From Candidatus Saccharimonadia bacterium (GTDB lineage: Bacteria > Patescibacteriota > Saccharimonadia > UBA4664), in assembly GCA_036488585.1 (NCBI GenBank), contig DASXHH010000004.1:65254-129253 (forward strand): a stretch of 64,000 nt of DNA, written 5' to 3'. The position numbers were made by a program, and so were the translations under genes. The notes below the pieces were generated by a model. That model had not been told where the DNA came from, did not search any database, and was given only the letters and a program-made list of their open reading frames with translations. Of the stretch, positions 25,799 to 34,840 are shown in pieces (the stretch's first letter is position 1; each line of letters begins with the position of its first letter).

Positions 25799-26410
25799 TT
25801 ACTCGGAACTAGGCGAATGTTTTCGATACGGCTTGCGAAAACGTATTGACGGTAGCAGCACTAAAGCCGCAATCAGCGAGTCAGTTAGCAGCACATAGAA
25901 ACCGTAGGCTGAGTTTGATACGGACCACATCTTGATTGTCAGCAGCGTGGTCAAGGCAGCGAGTGCTCCCCACAAAAACGGGAAACCGCTCTCAGACTCT
26001 GGTTCTAGGTATGATTTTTTGATGGTGGGCACGGCTGCAAAGAAGTCGGCAACAATACTTAGTACTAAAGCTACAAATCCCCTTCCGGTTAATGCCCACA
26101 GGACAAGTGCAAGCAGCGAAACAGACCCGCAGAGAATGTCAAAAGTTGTCAGCTTCCAGAAAGCCTTCCTGTTCACAAAGGATGCGATGAGTACAAGTAA
26201 CGGCCCGAAGCCAATGGAGAATGTAAGTAGACTTTGCAAGCCAACATGCTGGCTAAGTTGAGCGAAGAAGCCAATCATTGGTGCAACCGCCCACAAGGCC
26301 CAAGTAACACGGTTAGGGCGATTTCGGCCCTTTAGCGTGTCATAGGCGTACTGAGCGGCACTCGCCACAGTGATTAACCCTGATAGTATTACGAACTTAT
26401 CGCTTAGCAT
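25799..26410 (-). CDS. hypothetical polytopic membrane protein
   Basis: 203 aa with ~6 predicted TM helices and no recognisable motif. Confidence 0.5.
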   Translation of the reverse strand: MLSDKFVILSGLITVASAAQYAYDTLKGRNRPNRVTWALWAVAPMIGFFAQLSQHVGLQSLLTFSIGFGPLLVLIASFVNRKAFWKLTTFDILCGSVSLLALVLWALTGRGFVALVLSIVADFFAAVPTIKKSYLEPESESGFPFLWGALAALTTLLTIKMWSVSNSAYGFYVLLTDSLIAALVLLPSIRFRKPYRKHSPSSE

Positions 26411-26451
26411 ACGATTACTATGTTACCAAACTTCTCTGCTAAAATATCCGC

Positions 26452-27012
26452 ATGGCAAACGCAATTATTCTGCATGGGCAGCCGACTAAAAAACACTACT
26501 TTGACCCAGCATTTCCGGCTAGCAGCAATTACTACTGGATACCCTGGTTGCAAAAGCAACTTATTGTTCGCGATATACCCACGGCGACACCTGACGTGCC
26601 AAATAACTGGAAGCCAGAACTAGCTGTCTGGCGTAAAGAATTCGAGCGGTACGACATTAACGAGCAGACATTGCTGGTTGGTCATAGTTGCGGGGGCGGT
26701 TTCTTAGTTCGATGGCTCAGCGAACACCAAGAAATTAAACCTGCAAAAGTCGTGCTACTAGCCCCATGGTTAAACCCTAAGAAGCTCGAAGAAACGTGGG
26801 ACTTCTTTGAATTTAATATTGATAAAAGCCTAACTGAACGTACTAATGTGACGGTCGTCTATTCTGATGATGATATGCCCCAGATACTCGACACAGTTTC
26901 ATTACTGAAACAAGTACTGCCAGAAGCTTCATTTAAAGAGCTTCATGGTCGCCGACATTTCTACGATGACGAGTGCATGGAGATCCCCGAAGTTCTGGAA
27001 CTATTAGTCTGA
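26452..27012 (+). CDS. alpha/beta-fold serine hydrolase (RBBP9/YdeN-like)
   Basis: 186 aa with LVGHSCGG nucleophile elbow (GxSxG). The size and N-terminal ILHGQP are typical of the YdeN/RBBP9 family. Confidence 0.65.
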   Translation: MANAIILHGQPTKKHYFDPAFPASSNYYWIPWLQKQLIVRDIPTATPDVPNNWKPELAVWRKEFERYDINEQTLLVGHSCGGGFLVRWLSEHQEIKPAKVVLLAPWLNPKKLEETWDFFEFNIDKSLTERTNVTVVYSDDDMPQILDTVSLLKQVLPEASFKELHGRRHFYDDECMEIPEVLELLV

Positions 27013-27116
27013 GTTTCGACCAATAGCTCCAGAGATCTTGACCCTGCTCTTTTCTGGATACCGTTATACTCCCCTGGCGTGTATACTGTGCATGCTTCAT
27101 CCACAGAGAAGAAGGC

Positions 27117-27347
27117 GTGGTTATGGAAGAGCGGCCTAGTACATCCGATAACCGTGAGTTCAACCTCAAAACAGACGGGGGCATATGCCTAATCTTCGGC
27201 CTTGTGGTGACCATCTTTGCGGTGGGGCCATGGCCGTTGCCGTGGTGCATAGGCCTTGGAGCGGGGGCAGCTGTATTGGTGACCGTCGGCGCCGCACTGC
27301 TCCGGGCTGCACGACGTATTCGCAAGCGGCAGTACTACGGGGGCTAA
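27117..27347 (+). CDS. small hypothetical membrane protein
   Basis: 76 aa with two TM segments. Followed by a strong terminator. Confidence 0.4.
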   Translation: MVMEERPSTSDNREFNLKTDGGICLIFGLVVTIFAVGPWPLPWCIGLGAGAAVLVTVGAALLRAARRIRKRQYYGG

Positions 27348-27402
27348 ACTACTGCTGCCGGTCGTCGAACAACCCCGCACTCTCCTCCAACTGAGCAGAA
27401 GG

Positions 27403-27440
27403 CTCCGGGCACACAACAAGTGCCCGGAGCTAATTTGATT
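27403..27440 (+). terminator. rho-independent terminator (CTCCGGGCAC-acaaca-GTGCCCGGAG + T-rich tail)
   Basis: Perfect 10-bp stem followed by ctaatttgattt. Confidence 0.6.
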
Positions 27441-27489
27441 TAAAGGGCCAATACTGGATATGCTGATAACGAAACTGGAGCAAGCTGTT

Positions 27490-27867
27490 ATGCAAAAGAT
27501 TTTAATGATAGAAGATGACCCGTTAGTGGGTCGGCTGTACAAGCGCGTGTTTGAGCTCGAAGGCTTTACGATCGAGTGGGCCGAGAACGGCCAGGACGGG
27601 TTGGATAAGGTAAAGACGATGGGGCCGGATATCATTTTGCTGGACGTGATGATGAAAGGCTTGAACGGGCTCGAGGTGCTGACGCGGCTGAAAGACGAGC
27701 CGAAGACGGCCGGCATTCCGGTGCTAGTACTCACCAACGTGTCGGATGCTCGCATAACGCAGCTCGCGACCGAGAAGGGTGCGGTGGCGGCCATGGTGAA
27801 GAGCGAGACTGAGCCGGAAGGCGTGGTCGGGATGATAAAAGGAATTCTGGCAAAGGCCGGAAAATAG
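27490..27867 (+). CDS. single-domain response regulator (CheY-like receiver)
   Basis: KILMIEDD...ILLDVMMKGLNG...LVLTNVSD...MVKSE shows the receiver-domain Asp/Thr/Lys pattern. No output domain. Confidence 0.8.
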   Translation: MQKILMIEDDPLVGRLYKRVFELEGFTIEWAENGQDGLDKVKTMGPDIILLDVMMKGLNGLEVLTRLKDEPKTAGIPVLVLTNVSDARITQLATEKGAVAAMVKSETEPEGVVGMIKGILAKAGK

Positions 27868-29010
27868 ATGGGGATGCGTGAGGAGCAGGGCCTGGAGAAA
27901 CGGATCCGAGAACTCGAGGCGACCGTCAAACTCAGGACCGAGCAGCTGATTGCCTCCACCTCGCGGGCATACTCGTTTCTGGACAGCCTGCACATGGGTT
28001 TCATTATGTGTGACGTGAACCCGGAGGTGGTGCTCACCAACACCTCGGTACGGGGGTTTTTGTCGGATGAGGCACGGGGTGAATGGACGCTCGCTGAGAT
28101 CGACCAGCTGTTGGAGCCAAGCCTGCATCTGAAGGAACTCGTGACCCAGAGTCTGAAAGAGCAACGCTCGATGGAGCTTAACGAGGTGAATCTGGGTAAG
28201 CGGGTGCTGCGGCTGTTTATTGCGCCCATGGTTAATAATGAGGCGAAAGGTGACGTCCAGCCGATCGGAGCGGTGATTTTGGTGGAGGATGTGACCGAGA
28301 AAACGGTACTGGAACGATCGAAGGACGAGTTTTTCTTTATTGCTTCGCACGAATTGCGCACGCCGCTGACCGCTATTCGGGGGAACGCGTCGGTAATGAA
28401 AAAATATTATCCGGATGTAATGAAAGACCAGAATCTGAGCGCAATGGTGGATGATATTCACACTAGCTCGATGCGATTGATTGAACTCGTGAACGACTTT
28501 CTGGACGTGTCGGCGCTGGAGCAGGGCAAAATCCAGATGAACCCGGAGGCGTTTAAGCTGGATGACGTGGTGACCGAGGTGCTGCGTGAGCTGCAGAGCC
28601 TGGGCGATGCCAAGAGCTTGAAGCTGGTGGCCGGACCGGGTCTCGGCGGCACGCCGGCAGTGTTAGCCGACCGCAAACGGGTGAAGCAGGTGGTGTACAA
28701 CCTGTTGGGAAACGCCATTAAGTTTACCGACGGCGGGGGCATTACTGTGGATGCGCAGGCCGAGGGAAAATTCGCGCACTGTACCGTGACGGATACAGGC
28801 AGCGGGATGTCCGAGGAGAACCAGAAGTTACTATTTCGCAAATTCCAGCAGGCGGGCAGCAGCCTGCTGTCGCGCGACACCACCACGGGCACTGGCCTGG
28901 GGCTGTACATCTCGAAGCTGATCGTGGAGCTGTCAGGGGGCAAGATTGGTCTGGAGCACTCCGAAGTGGGCAAGGGTAGCACTTTTGGATTTACGCTGCC
29001 GGTAGCGTAA
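27868..29010 (+). CDS. cytoplasmic sensor histidine kinase (PAS-like + HisKA + HATPase_c)
   Basis: H-box FFFIASHELRTPLTAIRGN. N/G1/G2 boxes (NLLGNAIKFT, DTGSGM, GTGLGL). No TM segments. Confidence 0.85.
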   Translation: MGMREEQGLEKRIRELEATVKLRTEQLIASTSRAYSFLDSLHMGFIMCDVNPEVVLTNTSVRGFLSDEARGEWTLAEIDQLLEPSLHLKELVTQSLKEQRSMELNEVNLGKRVLRLFIAPMVNNEAKGDVQPIGAVILVEDVTEKTVLERSKDEFFFIASHELRTPLTAIRGNASVMKKYYPDVMKDQNLSAMVDDIHTSSMRLIELVNDFLDVSALEQGKIQMNPEAFKLDDVVTEVLRELQSLGDAKSLKLVAGPGLGGTPAVLADRKRVKQVVYNLLGNAIKFTDGGGITVDAQAEGKFAHCTVTDTGSGMSEENQKLLFRKFQQAGSSLLSRDTTTGTGLGLYISKLIVELSGGKIGLEHSEVGKGSTFGFTLPVA

Positions 29011-29056
29011 ATTATATCGCTTGACATTATATCGCGAGACGATATATATTGCAGAT

Positions 29057-29407
29057 ATGAATAATTCAGTGTCACCACTCACCCAGCCCGCATTTTACGT
29101 GCTGCTGGCTTTGCACCAGCACGAACGGCATGGGTACGAAATTATGAAGAGCGTAGAACAGGAATCCGGCGGGCAGACTCGCCTAGGCCCTGGCACGCTG
29201 TACGGCGTAATCAAGCGGCTGTTGAGCGAGGGCATGATCGAGGAATCGGGCGAGCGACCCGACCCGGAACGCGATGATGAGCGGCGGAAGTACTACAGGC
29301 TTACCGTGGCCGGGCGGCAGAGGCTGGGCGTGGAGCTGGGCCGCCTGGATCAGGCCGTACGGCGGGCACGGGAGCTGGGCATCAACTTCGCGGGAGCAGT
29401 GCGATGA
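29057..29407 (+). CDS. PadR family transcriptional regulator
   Basis: PAFYVLLALHQHERHGYEIMKSVEQESGGQTRLGPGTLYGVIKRLLSEGMIE is a PadR winged-HTH signature. Confidence 0.75.
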   Translation: MNNSVSPLTQPAFYVLLALHQHERHGYEIMKSVEQESGGQTRLGPGTLYGVIKRLLSEGMIEESGERPDPERDDERRKYYRLTVAGRQRLGVELGRLDQAVRRARELGINFAGAVR

Positions 29408-30027
29408 GTCGGCAGAGCCGGGCCGAGCGGTGGTACGGCCATCTGCTACGGTTGTACCCAGCCGACTACCGGGAGCGGTTTGGTGTGGAGATGCAGCAAA
29501 CGTTTCGCGACCTATACCGGGAGCAGCGCCACCCGGCGGCTGGTTTCTGGGCGCGGCTGGCGGCCGATGCCGTGCGGGGAGCGGCGAGCGAGAATTTGGC
29601 ATTAATGAGGAGCGGCGAGATGAAATTATATTGGTCGAATTCGGCAGACCAGCGGGTGCTAGCTTGGGGGATCGGACTGATGGCGCCGGCGGGACTGTTT
29701 TTCATGGCGGCAGCAGCGGGGGTGCTGCGGCGGGTCCAACTGCCAGTGCTGCGCCCATCGCTGCCGGTGCTTCAGATTTTGATCGTGGTGTTGCCGCTGG
29801 TGGCACTAGCTATTAACGCGGTGGCGTTGGCGCGCCAGATCACCAAGCGCAGGGACCGCGGGCTGAGCGAGAAATTTGTGACGAAATACTTTTGGACACT
29901 GGCGCTAATGATCGTGGCAGGGGGCTGGCTGGTGCTACTGTTTGGCCACGACACCATTGGTTGTGCGCTGCAGAACCTGCCGATGCTGAACTGGGCCGGC
30001 TTCCAGCATTGCTCCGCCACGCACTGA
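29404..30027 (+). CDS. hypothetical membrane protein (PadR-associated)
   Basis: Overlaps the PadR stop (ATGA). Soluble N-terminus plus 3-4 TM helices. Confidence 0.5.
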   Translation: MSRQSRAERWYGHLLRLYPADYRERFGVEMQQTFRDLYREQRHPAAGFWARLAADAVRGAASENLALMRSGEMKLYWSNSADQRVLAWGIGLMAPAGLFFMAAAAGVLRRVQLPVLRPSLPVLQILIVVLPLVALAINAVALARQITKRRDRGLSEKFVTKYFWTLALMIVAGGWLVLLFGHDTIGCALQNLPMLNWAGFQHCSATH

Positions 30028-30049
30028 GCGCAGGCGATATACTGCATAC

Positions 30050-30418
30050 ATGGTTAACGTTAGCGACGAAGAGTTTCAGGAGATGGTGAGGGAGGCCGTG
30101 GCCCGGATTCCGAAGCGATTTGCGGATCATTTAAACAATGTGAGCTTCATGGCGGCTGAGGAGGCTACACCGGAACAGCTACGCCAGAACCGGGTGCGCG
30201 GCCAATTGTTGGGCCTGTACGAGGGTATTCCCCTGCCGGCGCGCAACAACGGGTACAACGGGGTGCTGCCGGACATAATTACGGTGTTTAAGCGCCCGCA
30301 CGAGCGGATGGCGCGGGATAAGCAGGATTTATGGGAACAAGTGCGACATACGGTATGGCACGAGGTGGCGCATTACTTCGGACTTAACCATGACCGGATT
30401 CATGCGCTAGAGGGTTAG
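30050..30418 (+). CDS. zincin-like metallopeptidase family protein (HExxH)
   Basis: 122 aa with HEVAHYFG (HExxH) near the C-terminus, as in the COG3824-type family. Confidence 0.6.
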   Translation: MVNVSDEEFQEMVREAVARIPKRFADHLNNVSFMAAEEATPEQLRQNRVRGQLLGLYEGIPLPARNNGYNGVLPDIITVFKRPHERMARDKQDLWEQVRHTVWHEVAHYFGLNHDRIHALEG

Positions 30419-32085
30419 GCCGCTGCGGCGGGCGGGTTCGATGCGGGCGCCGACGGAGGTGTGGGCTGGGCGGAGCCGGCGGGTGTCGCGAGTGGCAGGC
30501 TGAAGCCAATGGTGGTGCCAATGCCGAGCGCCGAGGAGTCGACCTGGATGGAGCCGCCCATTTGTTCCACGATTTTTTTGGAAATGAACAGGCCTAGGCC
30601 GGAGCCGCGCAGAGCGTCCTTGGCCTGGACCTGTTTAAAGCGCTGGAAGAGCTGGCGCGAGGTGACCTCGTCCATACCGCGGCCGGTATCGGTGACATAG
30701 ACGTGCATCTTGCCTTGATCGGGCTCGGCCTTGATGGTGATGCCGCCGGTCTCAGTAAACTTCATGGCGTTGCCAAACAGGTTGAGAATTACCTGGCGCA
30801 CGCGCTCCTGATCAGCCAGCACCGGCGGCAGGTCGGCGGGGACTTGGATTTCGACATGCAGGTTTTTCTGGTGGGCAGTGGCCTTGAGTTGCGGTTCGAG
30901 ATTGGTGACGAGGCCGGCCAGGGCAAAGGCCTTGGGCTCCCACGGGATCTTGCCACTCTCGAGGCGGGCGGCGTCGAGGTAGACGTTGACCACGCCGATC
31001 AACTGCGAGCCGGCCTGGTCGATGCTATCGGCCATGTGGTCGAAGCTTGGGTCTTTGATGGTGTTCGAGAATTTGAATTTCATGAGCTGGGCATAATTGC
31101 GAATAACGGTGAGCGGTGTGCGCAGCTCATGGTTAGCGATGGAGAAGAATTCGTTTTTGAGGGCAATGGTGCGATCGCGGCTACGCAAAAGCATCATAAA
31201 TATCACTACGACTACGGTCGAAAGGACCAGTAGCAGGACTGAAATGAACATAAATTTGCGGATTGCGCCGGTGGCGGTTTGATGGATTTCACGTGGACTT
31301 TGGACCCGGGCCACCAAAGCAGGGTGGCCGTACACATCGTTGACAGTCTGATAACCAACGATGGTGTTGTCTGAAGGAGTGGCGACGGCGGTCTTCGTGG
31401 TGGTGGGCTGCCCAATCAAGGCGGTCACGTCGGCCGGGCGCGACTTGTCGTCTAGCCGGTAGAAGGCCGTTTTTAGGTGTGTGACCTGGGAGATTAGATT
31501 AACATCATCGGAGGTGATAACGGTGGCGAAGACTAGCGTGCCATGGTATGGGCCAGTGGAGTCTGATGTGAGTATCGGCAGGGCGACGAATTTGACCGTC
31601 TGCTCCCCTGGTAGAGCGATGAACCCCTTAGATTCGCTGGTAATACCGGTGGCCAATAGTTTGCTGCCAGGCATGAAGGCGCCGAGCAAGGCCTGGGGAA
31701 TAGTCGAATCCTGGCCGGTAACGGGATCGACGGCTTTCGACTCCACCAGTTGTTGCTGTACGTTATAGAACAGCATGTAGTGGATGCCGAGATTGTTGAG
31801 TGCGCCGCTAACTAAGTTAGACTTGATGTAAGCGGGATTGTGGTTAAGGACGAAGGCGTAGGTGTCGTCCCACGAGGCCCAGTCTGTGGCCTTAAACTTA
31901 AGGTTGTCTATCTGGTTGGTGAGAGCGTCAACGGCGCGGGCAGTGTCTTGTTTCGCGTTGTCGGTTTCGACCTTGCTAAAGGCCTGATTTATTACGGTGA
32001 TGGTGGCAAAAAAGAAAAAACTGATCGCCACAAGCATAATAAGCAAGGCGGCAGGTAAGAACCCGATCTTGAGTTTCAGGTGCAT
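30415..32085 (-). CDS. membrane sensor histidine kinase with periplasmic sensor domain
   Basis: TM1 near the N-terminus, a ~250-aa extracytoplasmic domain, TM2, H-box FSIANHELRTPLTVIRN and an HATPase_c (NLFGNAMKFT, DTGRGM, GSGLGL). Pro/Ala-rich C-tail. Confidence 0.85.
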   Translation of the reverse strand: MHLKLKIGFLPAALLIMLVAISFFFFATITVINQAFSKVETDNAKQDTARAVDALTNQIDNLKFKATDWASWDDTYAFVLNHNPAYIKSNLVSGALNNLGIHYMLFYNVQQQLVESKAVDPVTGQDSTIPQALLGAFMPGSKLLATGITSESKGFIALPGEQTVKFVALPILTSDSTGPYHGTLVFATVITSDDVNLISQVTHLKTAFYRLDDKSRPADVTALIGQPTTTKTAVATPSDNTIVGYQTVNDVYGHPALVARVQSPREIHQTATGAIRKFMFISVLLLVLSTVVVVIFMMLLRSRDRTIALKNEFFSIANHELRTPLTVIRNYAQLMKFKFSNTIKDPSFDHMADSIDQAGSQLIGVVNVYLDAARLESGKIPWEPKAFALAGLVTNLEPQLKATAHQKNLHVEIQVPADLPPVLADQERVRQVILNLFGNAMKFTETGGITIKAEPDQGKMHVYVTDTGRGMDEVTSRQLFQRFKQVQAKDALRGSGLGLFISKKIVEQMGGSIQVDSSALGIGTTIGFSLPLATPAGSAQPTPPSAPASNPPAAAA

Positions 32086-32158
32086 GTTGCTCCGGATAAA
32101 TGCTTTGGCTTTATTCTACGATAATTCTTATGCTAGATCGAGGGCTTTGGCGCCGGTA

Positions 32159-33058
32159 TCAATGCGGAGTTGTAAACCGTCGAGTGGACTTATTTGCGGC
32201 GCATAGGCCCGGCACTGACGATAATACTGAAATGGGACCCCGCGCGCATGGCGCAAGGTCCCGTAATGAATTGGATTCCAGCTTGAGCTCGTTGAAGACC
32301 AATGGCGGCCAATGCCAGCGGGGACGCGCGTTGTCATCGAGGCGCATCTGCTTGAGCTGGTCGTATCGGGGCCGCCGCAACCTCACGGTCACCCACTTGT
32401 AGTCACGGCCGAGAACGGTGGCCATGCGGTAGGCGGTAAGCCAATCGCCGGCCGGCGGGTACGAGTCGGCCTCAACCAGAGTTAGGGCATCCGACAGGTC
32501 GTAGTGCCCGGAGCTTCTGCCGTGGTCGGTGAGGTAGGACCCGGCTGACTTGCCCTGCTTGAGCCTCCGTCTAACCGTTTTAGGATGGCGCCCGGTGCGG
32601 CGGGCGATTTCGCTGCACGTTCCGAGCGAAACTGGAGCGAACTCGTCACGCAACCGTTGCAACTTGAGGAAGGCATTGGGTGACAGGGCGTAGGTTACGT
32701 GGCCGTTAGTGTCAGTACGCTTGGCTAGTTTGGGCAAGCGGTACTCTGGCTTACCCATGCGCTTAATGATCCATACCTTGTTGCACCCAAGCTCTTCCGC
32801 GGCACGGGCGAGAGCATACCAATCGCCAATGGGCGGGTACTTGTCCCTTTGCCGCTTGAGCGCTATTTGGCATGCAGGCGAGTAACAACGGCGACCGCGC
32901 GTAGGCCATCTGGGGTCGGAGCGCGTCTCAGGCTGCCATTTGCCGGCTTGAATCCGGGGCAAGGCCCAGCTGCGGGTGACACCAAGCCAGTCACTGATTT
33001 CTTCGACGGTTCGCCAGCCGTCTTTCGGCGGCCAGCTATGTTTTGGTGCTCCAGACAT
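32159..33058 (-). CDS. DNA-binding protein with four tandem excisionase/MerR-type (HTH_17-like) helix-turn-helix repeats
   Basis: Four ~60-aa repeats: WRTVEEISDWLGVTRSWALPRIQAGKW; DWYALARAAEELGCNKVWIIKRMGKP; CSEIARRTGRHPKTVRRRLKQGK; DWLTAYRMATVLGRDYKWVTVRLRRP. Start taken at MSGAP, preceded by GGAGGTG. Confidence 0.6.
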   Translation of the reverse strand: MSGAPKHSWPPKDGWRTVEEISDWLGVTRSWALPRIQAGKWQPETRSDPRWPTRGRRCYSPACQIALKRQRDKYPPIGDWYALARAAEELGCNKVWIIKRMGKPEYRLPKLAKRTDTNGHVTYALSPNAFLKLQRLRDEFAPVSLGTCSEIARRTGRHPKTVRRRLKQGKSAGSYLTDHGRSSGHYDLSDALTLVEADSYPPAGDWLTAYRMATVLGRDYKWVTVRLRRPRYDQLKQMRLDDNARPRWHWPPLVFNELKLESNSLRDLAPCARGPISVLSSVPGLCAANKSTRRFTTPH

Positions 33059-33154
33059 ACGTTCACCTCCGATGGAGTCTGGGTATGACATTTTTACCAA
33101 AGCTAGGGAAAAGGAGAAAGCATAAGCTTGTATCCAAGGGTGTAAAATAAGCGC

Positions 33155-33649
33155 ATGGCATGGTTTAAACCCCACAACTTGCTCGACCGAACCTTCGAGA
33201 TCGGGATTATTCTGAAGGGAATCGACGGCGTCGTGGAGGTGATCGGCGGTCTGTTATTGCTAGTGGTGCCCGCGAGCCTCATCAACAGCCTGGCCGTGTC
33301 ATTGACGCGCGGGGAGTTGTCGGATGATCCGCACGATTTTATTGCTACTCACCTACTGCGGACGGCCCACGGCCTCACCGGTACCGGTTTGTGGTACGGC
33401 GCACTGTATTTGTTGTCGCACGGAATCTTGAAGATCGTGATTGTGTGGGCGCTGCTGCGAAACAAACTATGGGCTTACCCGTGGGCTATCGCTTTTTTGC
33501 TGGTATTCATTGTGTATCAAACCTACCGGGTGGCGCTTGACCACAGCCTGGGTCTCACCGGCCTCACCATTTTCGATATCTTAGTGGTCTGGCTGACGTA
33601 TCGCGAGTGGAACCAGCAGCGGGCGCGGCTGAATGTTACAGATAAATAG
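33155..33649 (+). CDS. DUF2127 family membrane protein
   Basis: RTFEIGIILKGIDGVVEVIGGLLLLV... with 4 TM helices is the characteristic DUF2127 N-terminus. Confidence 0.65.
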   Translation: MAWFKPHNLLDRTFEIGIILKGIDGVVEVIGGLLLLVVPASLINSLAVSLTRGELSDDPHDFIATHLLRTAHGLTGTGLWYGALYLLSHGILKIVIVWALLRNKLWAYPWAIAFLLVFIVYQTYRVALDHSLGLTGLTIFDILVVWLTYREWNQQRARLNVTDK

Positions 33650-33690
33650 TTAGCGACAGCCAGCCAAAAGCCAAGTATAATGATCCCCAT

Positions 33691-34749
33691 ATGAGGGTTC
33701 CGAAACTGAGCTTTAACGACGCTCAGCTTGGGCGTTTGCTGTCGTTTCTGGGGGTGGTGATGGTATTGGCAGGCGCCGGCTGGGCTCAAGCGCGGGCATG
33801 GCCGCAATCTGATCTGGCGCCGTCCTATAACGTGAGGTTTCCATCGGACTTGCGTAAGAGTTACGCCAAGGTGGTGCAAAACGTGAGGCTGTTTGAGGAC
33901 CGCCAGCAACGCGTGCACAACACGGTGGCATCCGATAGGCAGTTACAGGATATGTTGTCGGCGGTGCAGCTGGATGCAGCCAACGGAAATTTTGTGTTGG
34001 CGCAACAGGACGCGACTGGAGTGCAAAAAGCGCTTGATAATTGGAACCTGGAGCTCAGCGGCGGCACGAAGCCAGCGGACAATCCCCTCGCCAACGTTTT
34101 TCTGCCGATACTCATATATCACTACACTCCACCGAATTTTGACGAGCAACTGACCTACCTCGAGCAGCACGGTTACACGGTAATTGATCTGGACCAGGCG
34201 ATGCTGGGATTACGAGGTGCGGCGGAGCTACCGCCCAAGCCGGCGGTGATTACATTTGATGATGGGTTTGCGAACCAGATGGCGGCGTTCACGATACTAC
34301 AGCGGCACAATATGAAGGCGACTTTTTTCATTATTAACGGCGGGGTGGCCAGCAACTGGTGCATCGGTGCAGGACGCAAATACGGCCTGCCATCGCAGCC
34401 GCCGAATGGTTGTGGCGACCAGTACCTTAGCTGGGACCAGGTACGCATGCTCGACCACAGTGGACTAATTACGATTGGCGGTCACACACTGGACCATTCG
34501 AACTTGGCTGGGATGTCGCCAGACAAGCAGCGACACGAGATTGCGGATTCGAAAGCTGGGATCGAGCAAGAGATCGGCCATCCGATTCGTGACTTTGCTT
34601 ATCCGTACGGTGCCTATAACAACACCACCATACAGCTGGTAAAAGAGGCCGGGTATGATACGGCGGTAACGACACTGCCGGGCGATTACCAATCGTGGGA
34701 CTTCCAGTACACGCTGCGGCGGGTGCGCGACACGCTGGAATTGCCTTAG
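33691..34749 (+). CDS. polysaccharide deacetylase (CE4/NodB homology domain) with N-terminal TM anchor
   Basis: VITFDDGFANQ (TFDDG motif), GGHTLDHSNL and FAYPYG motifs. Confidence 0.8.
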   Translation: MRVPKLSFNDAQLGRLLSFLGVVMVLAGAGWAQARAWPQSDLAPSYNVRFPSDLRKSYAKVVQNVRLFEDRQQRVHNTVASDRQLQDMLSAVQLDAANGNFVLAQQDATGVQKALDNWNLELSGGTKPADNPLANVFLPILIYHYTPPNFDEQLTYLEQHGYTVIDLDQAMLGLRGAAELPPKPAVITFDDGFANQMAAFTILQRHNMKATFFIINGGVASNWCIGAGRKYGLPSQPPNGCGDQYLSWDQVRMLDHSGLITIGGHTLDHSNLAGMSPDKQRHEIADSKAGIEQEIGHPIRDFAYPYGAYNNTTIQLVKEAGYDTAVTTLPGDYQSWDFQYTLRRVRDTLELP

Positions 34750-34840
34750 GGCTGGTATATTAGCGCTTTTGGGTGAGGATAAGGGGCAGGCCCCGGAGCC
34801 GGTAATAACCGGTCCGGAACCTACCCCGTGGGTAGTTGAA

